Assembly (NCBI GenBank): GCA_973895155.1
Contig: OZ316892.1
Span: forward strand, 24,065,971-24,129,970
DNA length: 64,000 nt
Direction of reading: 5' to 3'
DNA from: Marsupella aquatica
Taxonomy: Eukaryota; Plantae; Marchantiophyta
Part shown: positions 9,963-22,500 of the stretch, in pieces
Layout: each line of letters begins with the position of its first letter
Numbering within the stretch: position 1 is the stretch's first letter
Program-made: the position numbers and the translations under genes
Notes under the pieces: model-generated
The model's input: the letters and a program-made list of their open reading frames with translations, nothing else
What the model was told of the DNA's origin: nothing
The model's database searches: none

Positions 9963-11417
9963 CTAAGCTGCCCCGAAGGAACTCGAACCAGGCTGGAAGG
10001 TGGAATTCGTCCAATTGAAACAGGGCCCAATATAATGAGATGATATTTTCAGAAGTTTCGAACCATCATCTGTGACATTGCTGGAGTCCAGCCGGACAGC
10101 CACAGTGCTCCACAGCTTCTGTTTCACGTTGAACACGACCATAAGGGGCCGTCCGAAAGCTTGGAAGTAAATGGAGTCTTCATCTCCGGAGGCACCTTCC
10201 ACTATCTTCACTCCCTGGATGCTTTCAGCGGGGCCTCCAGATACCAGAGTGATCTGAAGGTCTGGACCAATCTCGTAGACTGTCATGCTGCCCTCAGACA
10301 CCTTGCAGTCATCAGTTGACGGGCCAAATGTGGATTTCCGATCAGGAGCAGCAGGAGCAGAGAGTACGAGCATCACACTGCAGCCGCACTTTACCAACTG
10401 CACCAGGCTGCAGAAGGACTCCGGAGGACAAGGAATTGGGGTCCAACGTCTGCTCATCACATCGTAAGCAAACAAGTGGACCGACTCATATCTGCTACTC
10501 GCAAGCGAGAAGTACACGACTCCATCTACGTAGACGCTGCTCACGTTGTGCAGGTCCATAGGCATGACTGGGCCACTCTCGTCCACTGTCCAAGCGCCTC
10601 TGGCGGAGTCATAGATCTCTGCGCGTAGATGAGGCAGCGGGAGCAGGAAATCTTGAGGAAGTACCTGTGAAGGAATGATCTTGTGTGGGTCTCGAATGCC
10701 ACTGTCTTGAGAGATAGAGATGACCTTGTATGCTGATGAATCTTCCTCCTTGTCCGAGTTAATTAGATGAATGATCTCGTAGGCCGGTACAAACGGGGTC
10801 ATCCATCCGTGTGGGGGGAGTATTTTCCACGATTTAAGCACTGGATTGGTAACCAGTACTCCTCGTTCCCCAGGCTCTCCAGCTTGTTTCAGGCACAGTA
10901 GAGATCCAGCGATGCTCCGCATTTGCCAGCGAGAGGAAGAGTATCGACCTTCCTCGAAGAGATAGGACAACGAGAACAACCTCTCCCATCGCCGAGAGGT
11001 ACTGGAGTAAGCGACAATTCTCATATCTTGCGCATAGCTGGTGCAGAAGAGCGGAGAAAAGGATTCCCAAGTGGATAAGACTTGGGACGTTGCTTCCAAT
11101 TGAAAAGCAGGGGACTCCATATACGCCACCCATGCTTTGGAAAGAAGACGAATCTTGAAGAGAGAGCGGAAAGGAAGCCTTGCGAAGATCTTCGGCAGTA
11201 CATCTTCTGGCAGTGTTTGCCACAGCTGCTCGTCCAAATTCTCACATGAAGCCTTCGTCCCGGGGGCTCCAGTGATAGTTTTCTTCTGCTGATCACGATC
11301 ATGATCAGCTGGAAATGTCAATGTGTCCGTCCTCAGCTGTATCTGCTCAGATTGCCGATCACTTAGCTCGCTGCATGGGGAGGAGCCCATCGAGACAGCC
11401 ACTCTCGCTTGCACCAT
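9963..11417 (-). CDS. F-box protein with C-terminal kelch-like/FBA beta-propeller region, 484 aa, intronless
   Basis: Long ORF with F-box motif LDEQLWQTLPEDVLPKIFARLPFRSLFKIRLLSKAW, then VTNPVLKSWKILPP, AEIYDSARGAW, VYVDGVVYF and FAYDVMSRRW. Confidence 0.93.
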   Translation of the reverse strand: MVQARVAVSMGSSPCSELSDRQSEQIQLRTDTLTFPADHDRDQQKKTITGAPGTKASCENLDEQLWQTLPEDVLPKIFARLPFRSLFKIRLLSKAWVAYMESPAFQLEATSQVLSTWESFSPLFCTSYAQDMRIVAYSSTSRRWERLFSLSYLFEEGRYSSSRWQMRSIAGSLLCLKQAGEPGERGVLVTNPVLKSWKILPPHGWMTPFVPAYEIIHLINSDKEEDSSAYKVISISQDSGIRDPHKIIPSQVLPQDFLLPLPHLRAEIYDSARGAWTVDESGPVMPMDLHNVSSVYVDGVVYFSLASSRYESVHLFAYDVMSRRWTPIPCPPESFCSLVQLVKCGCSVMLVLSAPAAPDRKSTFGPSTDDCKVSEGSMTVYEIGPDLQITLVSGGPAESIQGVKIVEGASGDEDSIYFQAFGRPLMVVFNVKQKLWSTVAVRLDSSNVTDDGSKLLKISSHYIGPCFNWTNSTFQPGSSSFGAA

Positions 11418-12226
11418 TTAGATACCGTGGACTCCGGTTGATTTCTCAATCTGAGGAACCCAAATCGATGCAAAGCGAGTGCAACTTTTCAAGATCCACC
11501 TCCTCCTGTAACCTCTCAGTCCACCAATTCGATCAAGCTCAACCAACTTTCACAATTTCAATTTCGCTGCTCTGGCTCCCTGGATAGTGGGAAGGCACAA
11601 TTATATAGACCGAGCTTACAAAATCTTCACTCAAAAGACTTTTCTACCACCAAATCATGTTATATTGTCATCGTCCTCAACCTCCAAGCAGTCGACAACG
11701 AGCTCAGAATCTGGTTTCCAAAACCTTCAACACGCTCTAGACCACTGCCAGAACCGAGTCACTGCTCCATTGCACCTGTATAGAATGTACCCGCTGCTGC
11801 GGCTGCTGCGACATAACATTTCGGCTTGAGTAGACTCAATCATCCGAATCGGATCGTCATTCTGTCGTCTCCTCCATGCCTGCTCCTCCGCCTACATTAA
11901 TTCAAAGTAGTATTCGGATGTAATGATCGCACAGTGTGATTCCTCGGCGTCAACTTTGGGCTCCAAAACTAACCTCGTCTTTTATTTTTAAATTTATTTT
12001 TTATTTTGGGGGGGGGGGGGGGAGCTGGGCGGAAAACCATAAAAGGTCTGCGAAGGACCATGGGCCCAGAAGTACCAGTTTTGGTTGCGGTTGCAAATGT
12101 ATGGGCAAGCTTTTTCTGTCTGCCACTTTAGTTCTGGGAAAACAAATTTGACTGTGACAGGAGGCAAAATGGAGAGGTTTGAGACACTTTAATAGATAAT
12201 AGACATTTTGGAGCATGTGATTCTGT

Positions 12227-12424
12227 GGGGTAGTCATAATTGGAGGGCAACAAGGAGGATGATACCCAGACCAGGAGGGAGAGAGGGTTAAAGTAAGCCC
12301 CCAAAGCAGACCAGCCAGGGGCAAAGGGGTAGTCATAATTGGATGGCAACAAGGAGGATGATACCCAGACCAGGAGGGAGAGAAGCTTAAAGTAAGCCTC
12401 CAAAGCAGACCAGCCAGGAGCAAA
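12227..12424. repeat. Tandem duplication, 2 x 99 bp
   Basis: ggggtagtcataattgga...cagaccagccagg(g/a)gcaaa starts at 12227 and 12326. Confidence 0.9.
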
Positions 12425-13438
12425 GAGTAACCAATACTCCAAGCACTATGTAACACTGCACCCCAGCCACCCACACATACCCTCCACACCCCTTTGTGGG
12501 GGGAGGGTGGAAAGAACCTGGGGCCTCTTGGTTCTTGGCTAATCCACTGGCGAACCAACTTGAGCCAGCTGCTTCTGACCTGGTTTTGTCAAGATATGCT
12601 CCCATGTACCTAGCCCGGGAATTACGCAGGCAACCCTGTGGACCATGACACCTTTTACACCATTCATTGACACTGTCGGGTTTCTAAAAAGTTTCAATAG
12701 AGATATTTGTATGATGAACCCCCAAACCAAAACTTTCTCCTCAATCAACCCCTTGAGGTTTTGGGTACAATTATTTAAGATCTATCAAGGTCTATGAACG
12801 GTCTGGAATCATTCACGGGTCCCATCAAGTAACACTTTCATTTTGGGGGTCCATGAAGCATATGGATTTCTTGATGTCCAACAGAATAGGTTCTTCCTGT
12901 GCTTGCCTTGAAATCATTTGAAAATGTATTTTCAGCTAGTCTAATTTCTCTAGTTTCCATGAATAATTGAGATAATTTTAAATTTTCTAATATTACTTCA
13001 TCGTTCACTTTCAACACTCAATGTCCATACTTGTGCTTTACAACTTTGTGCTTTAATTACAAAGTTATCCACGCTTCGTGCTTTAGGATTTCTTTTATTT
13101 ATTTATTTGTGTTTCAGACAGTTTTTGAGCACTTCGCTTGGACAATTTATATTTCCTCTATATTCAATGGAATCTGTTTTTTTTGGGGGTTCGTTATGAA
13201 CACTTTAGAAAGATCGAAGTAGTCAAATTTCATTACAAAGTGAGAGACCTACGAATTTTCAGATATGATTTATAGTTTTCTTTTCCACATTTCACTCATC
13301 GCCACAATATTTACTATGTGAGTTGAAAAGAGAGTCCTATTGCACTCCATCCTGGTTGCAAAGTATATCCCAAGATTTTGGCAAACATTGAGAATCTGAG
13401 CTTCTATTTTCTTTTTCAGTAAAGTTTATCCCATACCC

Positions 13439-13920
13439 AAGGGGGGGGGGTGTGATGGGATATAATCCCCGTGGACGGTGAGTCCATCACCATCCTCAGG
13501 GACTCCATCTCATAAGTATTTCTTCTGGTATTATAGACACTAGTTTGACTATTCCTTCCTGCATGGAAGGTAAAAGTAATACCATTTTAGCACCATGCAA
13601 GCCGGGGTTGACATGGGATTTGCGGGATAGAGTCAAGTGTATACTCTTGATCAAGGGACCTGTAATCAACTCCATATAAATACCAGAAAAATACTCAAGA
13701 GGTTTAATTTCTCTATTCAACAATAAATTGATCGCCTTCTTTACACAAAGGGTGTCTGTCGCCCTTCAGAGGACGCAGGCTTTCACTATCTTTCGTACAG
13801 ATAAATCAGTTGGTTTTAGGGACTCTTCATACATCCCAGTTTGTGACTCTCCTATGCGTTTTACTCGGAGCTATACTAGACTTTCTCTGCCCAATACCGT
13901 GTTAGTCTTCTAGACTACTA
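13439..13920 (+). mobile_element. Possible LTR-retrotransposon remnant (polypurine tract plus start of a 3' LTR)
   Basis: AA(G)10 is immediately followed by TGTGATG at 13451, then TATAAATA (~13675) and AATAAA (~13722). No second LTR or pol motif found; the right boundary is uncertain. Confidence 0.35.
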
Positions 13921-14459
13921 AGTGGGGTGTTTCATTTTTGGCTCCTTTTGGGTTGAGGGGGACACCTTAGCTAGTTGGACATCTTTGATTTTATTGGGGC
14001 CATTTCCCCTTCCTTTTCCTCTCTTTGTTGGGTTGTTTCGCCTTTCAATTGGGACTTTGTCTCCATGTTTAATGTTTCTGTCCTTTTGCATTTTGATATA
14101 TAATTGACCTGTCTTTAGTCACGTTCCAAATCGTCAAGTCACCACCCCTGGTCAAACGGACGGGGTCCGATGGGTCCAATGGGTCCGGTTCGACGGACGG
14201 ACGAGGTCGTCCATCAACGGTCAGGGGACCGGCTCGCGGGAGGGAGTCATCAGTACGACACATCCTGATCCATCGATTTTGTGGTCGCGACGGCCCGATT
14301 CGAGTAGCGACTTACCACACTGACTGCACCGTCGAGTCGTCCACGACTGTAGACTGGCCTGTGGGTGGGCTGTGGGTGGGGTCAGGTCAGGTCAGGTCCT
14401 GGTTCCAGAGACTGAGCCAATTATTTTGGTACTATTAGTACAGGACTTTAATGAGTACG

Positions 14460-15290
14460 ATGTCCCATGAATGACATCATTCTGATGAAAACATAGTGAC
14501 ATCATTTCAATGAAGACCTGCCACACCATTTTAATATTCATTTATTATTTTGATGAGAACATAGTGACATCATTCTACCGTGTTGACATTGAATTGAAAT
14601 ATATATATAAAAGAATAAGAAGGCGGCGTACCGGAACACATTGGGAGATCCCAATAAAGGAAAAGCTCGCGAACACCAAAGCCTGAGAGTTCTCAGGCCC
14701 CAATAAAGGGTGGAAAACAAAGCAAAAGGCTGTCCCATTAAAAAAATGGCCAAACACAATATAATAAGAAAAACCAGAGATACTAAGAGGGCAAACCGAA
14801 CTCAAAAGAAATGTGCACCCAAAACCCAGAGTTGGGTGCCCAAAAAGAGCCTAAAAGTACATCCAAGTTGTGTGCATTTGTAACCCTCCTATGCGGTTTA
14901 CTCCTGAGCTCTATCAAGCTTTCCAATTTACCTACCAGTAGGGTTTTTAGTTTGTTGTTTACTTCTTAATTTTTTTTAGCTTTTGAGAGATGATCCTTGA
15001 CTTGTTGGGCTTCTTTGGTCTTCTTGGGGTCTTTCCCTTGGCCCCCCCCCCCCCATTATTGGGTTCTTTTGCCTTTGGGATCATGTCTCCCGGTTTGGCG
15101 TTCCTGTCTTTTTGGTAGTGTGTTATATACATTCTTCTCACTTGAGAGTTTCATTAGGATGATCTCACTATGTCTACATGACAATGATGTAAAAGTGGAT
15201 ACTCCAATAGGGTTCACTCCTGAACTCTACTAGGCTTTTTAGGTAACTCATTACCAAATATAGTTTTAGTTCTTCTGTTGTTATTTGCAA
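14460..15290. repeat. Degenerate repeat cluster with inverted and direct copies
   Basis: acatagtgacatcatt occurs at ~14490 and ~14559 with an inverted copy at ~15156-15180. ctcc...ctcctga(g/a)ctcta occurs as direct copies at ~14886 and ~15202. Confidence 0.5.
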
Positions 15291-15953
15291 ACTCTTTGGC
15301 TCTTGGGCTTTTTGGCTTTACAATAAATGGGGGTCCATGCAAAGATGACATTCATAACAACATGCCCATAACCATACACAAACCAGTAGTCAACACAAAG
15401 CTTTTGATGCAAATCAAGCTCGCTACCAGACGAGAGCCAAAATCCTCCTAATCAGCATTCTAGCAGAGCTTCTGCACCAATCACATACTGGCAGTGAACT
15501 ATGACATAATTAAAACACAAGGGAAATGCTTATAGCAGAAGAGAAGAGAAGATTCAAATGGTGATTCTTGGAGCCAACATGTTTCACTCATCCTTGCTAA
15601 GAAAAGCAAGACGTTTCGCGGATGGGAAACATGTTTTGGAGAGAAATAGAGAATTCTCTACGCTTGGATAGGGCCACAGTCATCATCGAAAAGATCGTTT
15701 GCAATTGACCATTGCAAATTTGTTAGAGTTTACAGATTTGTGGCTAGGGGCATATGATGATCCCCAAGATATGCAGGCAAGTTTTACATAATTCATGTGA
15801 TAAGGAGAAAATTTTCAGCCTCGTCCACGCTGAAAATTTCATCTCCGATGCAGAAGGAATATTGAAGGCAAAGAAACTCAAATAATACTACAGATGAAAA
15901 AAGTGAACTGAGACGTGATGCAGACCAGAGTCTTAATTCCTGAATAGTCGTAA

Positions 15954-18500
15954 GTGCATGGAGTACATCTTAAAAATCTTATGGAGGGATCTTATGGACC
16001 CAAAAGTTGGGCAATTTTGGACTGCCCAGCTGTATTGGTTGGGCACTCCATTGGTGGCATGATTGTCAAGCGATTACGCCAGTACGCACTTGAGAAGCTT
16101 GAAAGTAGCTATGGCTCCAAGAGGGTACAGTTGTAGAATTTTTGTAGGAGTGAGGGGTGTCTTTTACTACGCCACCCCACATCATGAGCCCGATTGTGAA
16201 ATAGCAGTAAAAGAAGTTCTGGGAAGGTATCCTCTGATGGATAACTTCAAACCATTAAAAAAAATACACATGTATTCTGAATGATTAATTCGGTAAATGT
16301 GTGGAGCGCATTACAAGTGGCGGTTCGCTGGATTGGGAGAAAGTCATTGTACCAAATTGGTAATTACATGCAATCCGTTGCTCGAGGCATTTGATGTTGT
16401 GCTTGACTGCACAACGACTATCCTTGTATGCAGATGTTTGTGAAGTGCTAGTTAGATTACACTTTTCACAACAGTTAAGGTTGAAAGAAAAGTTACAAAT
16501 CAGAAGATACTTCTGTAATATAATGCATAGATGTGTTGCCTTAGCCGTCTTGCTAGCCGGTTAAAAAATTTGCATTAAATGAAGCTATGAATTTGATCTG
16601 ATGAAGTTAACTTTGTGGCCGTTTTTGGGCATGCAGGGTTACATTAATGACAGAGTACGTAGTGACAGAATCGTAAACGAGATATGGGAATGATTTTTGT
16701 ATGGTGGATGCAGGCCACTTCTCGATTTCCAGACCACAGAGCAAAGACTCATTAAGCTTCTTTGAACTAAAGTCTCCTTTCCCAGATTGGTGAAAATTTA
16801 TTGAATCAACTGCTCGATTAGGCTGCCAGTACCAAGGTAGGCTTCTTCAAACCTTTTGAAATAGAATTTTTGCTGAGGTTGGATATTAGGCTGACTAAAT
16901 GAACATCTGTAGACCTTGTTACCAAACGTTACATAGCGTTGATTCTACATCCACACCAGGTTGAGATATCTAATGACCAAATGAAACTCTTTGAATGGCC
17001 TTACCTTTTGATGATAACTTTGTCTGTATAAATATTTTGCTATACAATAAACAAGTGGTGGGTCTCAGACAACTTTAGTGTGCCTAATTTCTGCAAGTTT
17101 TGAGCTAGTATTGGGGTTATTCGATTGAAGCGATGCAGAAACAGAATGTGCCAGGTCATGGAATATTTGTCTGAGTTTATTCTTAGCACAGAGTGGAGGT
17201 TTAGTAGTATAAAATCCCGAACAAAGTTGAAGACTGCAACTGAAATAGTTTAAGTACTGATTTTGCAAGTGTAAATGCTTGCAGTTGATGATGACGACGA
17301 TTGGTACGAGGACTCAATCAAGAGCAACATTATGTGCAATCCCGGAAATTGCTCGGACGGGAGGACATACGATTGATGGACAATCATCGACACCAAAATA
17401 AGGATATCTCTATCTGACCGCAGCTCTGTAAATTAATTGGCATACTCTTCAAGAAAGTCATCCATTTCTATCAAAATTCACAATAGCTTCCCAAAATTGG
17501 CAACACCCCGGGCAACATCCATTGGATTTAATTAACCTTCAGTGCTCTTTAAATTCATCGGCATGCTCTGCAAGAAAGTCATTGGACAACGAGACCCGTC
17601 TTCACCGTGTTGGACTCCCCTTCAAAGAAATTGGCCACCAGGGTGTCCCCAGCTCCACCCAAAAAGAGGAGGATAAATAAAGAAGACAGAATTATTTAGC
17701 ACCCTTGTCTTGAGGCAGATTGCATCAAAGCTAAAGCGGAATTCAATTCTACAGATTCCACATTGGCACCATGTTGTTGTGCTACAAAGCTGCCTAGTGT
17801 GGAGGGGTCTCGTGAGCCCAGGAGGAGTGTGCAGTTGCCAGCAGCTCCTTGCTGGTCCCACCCGTGATGAGAACCACAGGCCTGGACATGATTCTCCGGT
17901 CTTGTTGAACTCTCTCAACACATCTCTTGCCTTTCGAGGCAGCTCAGTACATGCAGGTTTCTAGCAAAGCTACTGTCAATTTCTATGGAAGAGCAAAGAA
18001 CAACAAAATTACTGAAAACGAGCCAACAAAGTACTACTAACCAAATTTATTGTTATTTTCCATGGAAGACAGAAGAGGAAGAACAAATTTAATGAAGAAG
18101 TGTCAAACAAAGTACAGAGCACACACGAGAGCACAGAGGACCAACAGAAACTGGAGATTGCCACCAACGCTATAGTAGTGTTAAGTTCTATACAAGGATT
18201 CAGTTGGTAGAGCTCAAACAAGAAACGGTGGTGTGTCGTGGGCGAATTGATATTTGAGTCAGACTCCAGCCTTTATATACTGACGTGGGTACGAAAGATT
18301 TCAGTTTGCGAGAGTCTATTGGGCATGAGCTTACTTGATTACATGGCTGGCAACGATTATGTGGTTTGGAAGCGAGGCTGCAATTTTTGTCCATACCTTT
18401 GAATGGCGATGTAGACATTCTACAGATCAGGAAAAGGAGGCTGCAAATGTCCCTTCTAGAAATGTAATTTGATGCCTCCAATCTTGGAGATGTCATCATT
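15954..18500 (+). pseudogene. C-terminal half of an alpha/beta-hydrolase domain plus LRR-like remnants; decayed hydrolase(-NBS)-LRR-type gene
   Basis: Nucleophile elbow DCPAVLVGHSIGGMIVK (GHSIGG at 16041-16058), then VRGVFYYATPHH, YKWRFAGLGES, and after an intron VVTES*TRYGNDFCMVDAGHFSISRP (~16640-16740). Stops at 16134-16136 and 16674-16676 plus frameshifts. Weak LRR-like fragments at ~17400-18490. No P-loop seen. The hydrolase part is well supported; the LRR part is not. Confidence 0.7.
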
Positions 18501-18580
18501 CTGATTCAGTAACATTCAGCTCCAATTTTGCAATCATTTGGATTTTACTATCACTCTACAAACGGAGAGACGGTCCTTCC

Positions 18581-18945
18581 TTCAAAGCTTGTCTTTGCTG
18601 TGAGCAATAGTCAATTTTGAATTATTCTCTCATCTCTCAACAAAACATGGTGTGAATGTTAAAAGATTCTTGAACCACTCTCCCAGTGAATCCATGTTTG
18701 TTGAGTAACAAGCTCTAAAGGGAATAATAGTTTCTAAAGATCACTGACGTTGTTCAAAGCTTGTATCTAAGGTTGACAGAGTCAGTTTTTTATTACTCTC
18801 TCATCGCTCGAGACAACTTGGTGTGAAAGAATAGCCTTGAAATATCCTCCCAGTGACTTGGACATTAGTTGAGTGACAAGCTCTAAGGGCATAATGCATT
18901 TTTTAAGATCACTGATATTGTTCAAAGCTTGAATCGAAGGTCGAT
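18581..18945. repeat. Diverged tandem repeat, ~170-bp unit, ~2.1 copies
   Basis: ttcaaagcttg at 18581, 18753 and 18921, with shared tcccagtga, ttgagt.acaagctctaa and aagatcactga blocks. Confidence 0.8.
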
Positions 18946-19540
18946 GGAATCATGCCCTGAGCAGATCTTAGATGGCCAGACCCTTCTGGGGTTGGATCCT
19001 GATAACCATGAATAAATACCTCTAATCACGAACAGACTGAAGCAAGGGGGTGGGTTTGAATTGGGGTTCGGACAAAAGTGGCATCCTGCTCCTTTCTGCG
19101 TTTTATAAGAGGCATTATAATGAAATAAATAGTGTTGAGAGAAAGCAGAGGTTCACTGGCTTAACTTAGTCACTTTCTGATTTCTTCGACTCGTTGATGC
19201 CATTTGATGGAGTAGATTGGCGTCGCAAGGATGGGCATTCAGAGTTGTTTCCTAAGTGGTAGACATGGCCCAAATTGAGTTCAACACTGCCAGTTGGACA
19301 ACTTGCAAGTCTCTGGCCTCCTGATGTTAATCACACTTTTGTGACCATGAACTACTATGTCAGAGTAAAAATCGCAAAAAGACGGTCTGAAAGCCAAGGA
19401 CAGATGCAACAAATCATAAGGGATGGATAGTCATCCACCCAAGAACTGGCATTAGAGCCACTTTATTCTCGCCACATCTAAGAGAACAAATGTAAAATGA
19501 GAATATAACGAGCAAAATAAGGGTAGTTGCGAGAAATTAT

Positions 19541-22500
19541 TCAACCAGGGATTTTCACCTTTCTATACATCCTATTTGAGTCTTGCTTAGCCTCTCGTGT
19601 TCCAATGAAGGAGAGGGACTCGCTTGCAAGTGCATAAAAGTAGCAACTCCAGGGAGAATTGTTTGGCGCGTGCCAGAGTTCCTTCTCCTCCAAGGTTGTG
19701 ACCTCTGTCAAGTCTTCACGGACACACCAAGCTGCGCTTTTATCTGGTTCCATGTATTCAGGTACTGCAACACATCCTATTGCGAAATAGCCCTCTGGAG
19801 CTACGGGCATCCATATTGAGATAGGGATGTCGTATCCATCTTTCCAATTTCGCCACACCTGCATGCCCCAATAAGGCAAATTAAGGAAACAGAAAAAGTA
19901 CCCCAGCCACCATTTCCTAACATCTCCTGAGAAACAAGAAGATTCAAGTCTACAATGAAGCAATCTGTGTGGCAGACTTCTTGTTGGAAAGCATTGCAGT
20001 CCTATTGTTGAAACCTTTTTCTCTCTAACTTTCAGGATCTACGGCATCTTAAGATAACTTTTGTCCAAAGATACGATACTTCCTTCGTCGTATATTTAAC
20101 CTGAAAAAATATCAGGAGTGGACAAAAGGTTAGAAGTAGATTTACCAATTTGTAACTCAGAGGGGGAACGAAGTTGTCATTCTCCTTTCTGTACGTGAGT
20201 GCCACTGGTGGTCGATCACAGCCAATCCGAGCAACATCTCCTACTGATACATAGCTGAAACCCCCACAGCCAAACGATTCAGAAGTCAGTTGTGGAAAAA
20301 TGAGCCATGGTAAATTGTTTTCTACTCCGCATAAGAAAGAAGTGCAAATGAAAGGAATTTACCCTTCTGCCACGATTGGTCGCCAGATCGTGCAGACCTC
20401 TCCCGAAAGTGTCTGTCACGTCAGAAAGACAAATCATTAGAAAGGCAGAATGTCACAATAAAGAGAAGACGATCCAATCTGCGGAGTCTCTTTTAAGTAG
20501 GTTCTAAGCACATTCCTTTAAGATCAACAATACCAAATACTTGAACTGAAGAGCTGATGGCATTTCCCTCAACATACCGTTGTACAGCATGATCCTCCTG
20601 ATTCCTGTTCACTGTTCCAAATCGGCTCGAACAACATGACATCCTTGGTAAAACTACCAGAACTCGTCACACTGCTCTCTGAGTTGGACGATTTTAGCAT
20701 CCTCTCTTGATAGCCCAAATCTCTCAAACTTTCAGTTTCCTTTCGAGGCGTCAAAGATAGATGACCGGATTGATAGTTCCTTCTCCTACTTACCTGTAAG
20801 GAAACAAAAACGGGAGATGTTGGAAACCTACAAAGTGCTTGAATTCAAGGGAAAGGAAGTAGTTATTTCTCCTGATGCAGCAAACTTGGCATGCTACTTC
20901 TGAGTCTCTAAACCACAAAATGGCAAGTACCTCGGAGGCGATGGTCTTCCTGTCAGGCCCGTACTCCTTCCAAAGGCGGTGTATTGTGTTAGAAATTTCA
21001 TGCAAATGAGGAATCCCCGTATCCCCATTCCCAGGCGGGCACTTCACAGTACATGCAAAGCTCTTGCTGCTTCTCCTCAGATGCAATAATAGACATGGAC
21101 CATATGTAGAAGACTGATGAGTCTCCACAGCCAGCAAATTCTTCCACGTGATTTCCCAGAGGATGTTGCTTGGGTCTTGATAAGTCTTCTCTGGATTCTG
21201 AAAATGAGATTTTGGGCGCTGTACATGACAATATTGTCAGAAGTTAAAAGCCGCAAAAACTAGTAAACGAAAGAACATAGAGAAGCAATGGTCGTTGGCG
21301 GAAATCAGCACATATTGAAATATGTTGAAAGGTGAACCAAATTCTTCATTAACAACAAAACTTTTGGTCAAGAGTGACGGATACTCAAAAAACTGATCAT
21401 GGAAACAAAGTGAATTCGAATAGACATTACCCCAAGCATAAGTAGTCGTCGATTTGTGAGCATCAAAAGTTTACTTCTAGGGAGCTCGAAATGAGCTTCA
21501 TAGAAGTCCGACCATGCGAATTTGGCTGAATCTGTGAAGACCCCCTTAAAACCATAAAATGATTTGGACTGTGCAAGCTGTAGGATTGCCTGATTTTAAG
21601 ATATTTGAACGAACGATGTTACGTCAGATTTTAAAAATGCACCCATAACACCATCATATCTCATAAATTATTGAAGGTTTTAGCAAGTGCAACATGATAA
21701 GGCTCAACTCACATCATTACTTGAGGATGTCATCAACAAATTTAAGCTACTATCAAATAGTTAGATGAGCAGATAAGTACCTGCCCTTCAGCGTGGGGTG
21801 GGTTATACGGAAAAATTATGCTGTTCCCCCGTATGGCCCTCGGTAACCTCCTCCGCGTGAAGTTTGGTTCGTGCTCAAAGAGCTCAAAACAGCTTGTGCA
21901 ACTGACACCTACACCATTCACAGTTAAGGACACAAAGTCCAATAATCCGCTGACAGGCAGCATGACAAAGCCCAGAGCGGCTTTTCCGACTCCCTGGAAA
22001 AATCCTATGAATCCATGCTGCCTTGCATTGGTTATCGGTTTTGTCACGACTCCAGTTATTCCGTATCCAAACCCTCGCGCTAGTGCTTCTGTTCCTTGCA
22101 ACAAACCGTCCCCCACACCAGATACATTCCTGATCCGGTCCTGCACAACATTCCAACTCGCAATATCACTAGACTGTGCCTTGAAATGTATATGGGGCAG
22201 TCTTTGACAGGCAGATGCAAAAGCCACATATACCACGTACTTGGGCTACTTTCAGATATGTAAAACATTTCAAACAGCGTTGGTCTTGTATGATAGGAAC
22301 TTCTTCTCAAAACACTACGGAAAAGACTCTACCTTTGCGGATCGCACGCGAAGGTACTTTCCATCCTTGGATAACTCGGCTGCCCCTTGGCTTAAGGTGC
22401 CTAGAGTTGAGCTGGTCATTCCTAGGACATCGACGCCGGACAGGAGTTGTAGAGGTTGATGTATCAAATCTCTCCGAATTCTGTTAATAATCGCTCCAGA

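Noticed and set aside
12001-12558. 185-aa minus-strand ORF with an internal repeat
   Set aside because: Explained by the 99-bp tandem duplication and a G-run; no protein-like signature.
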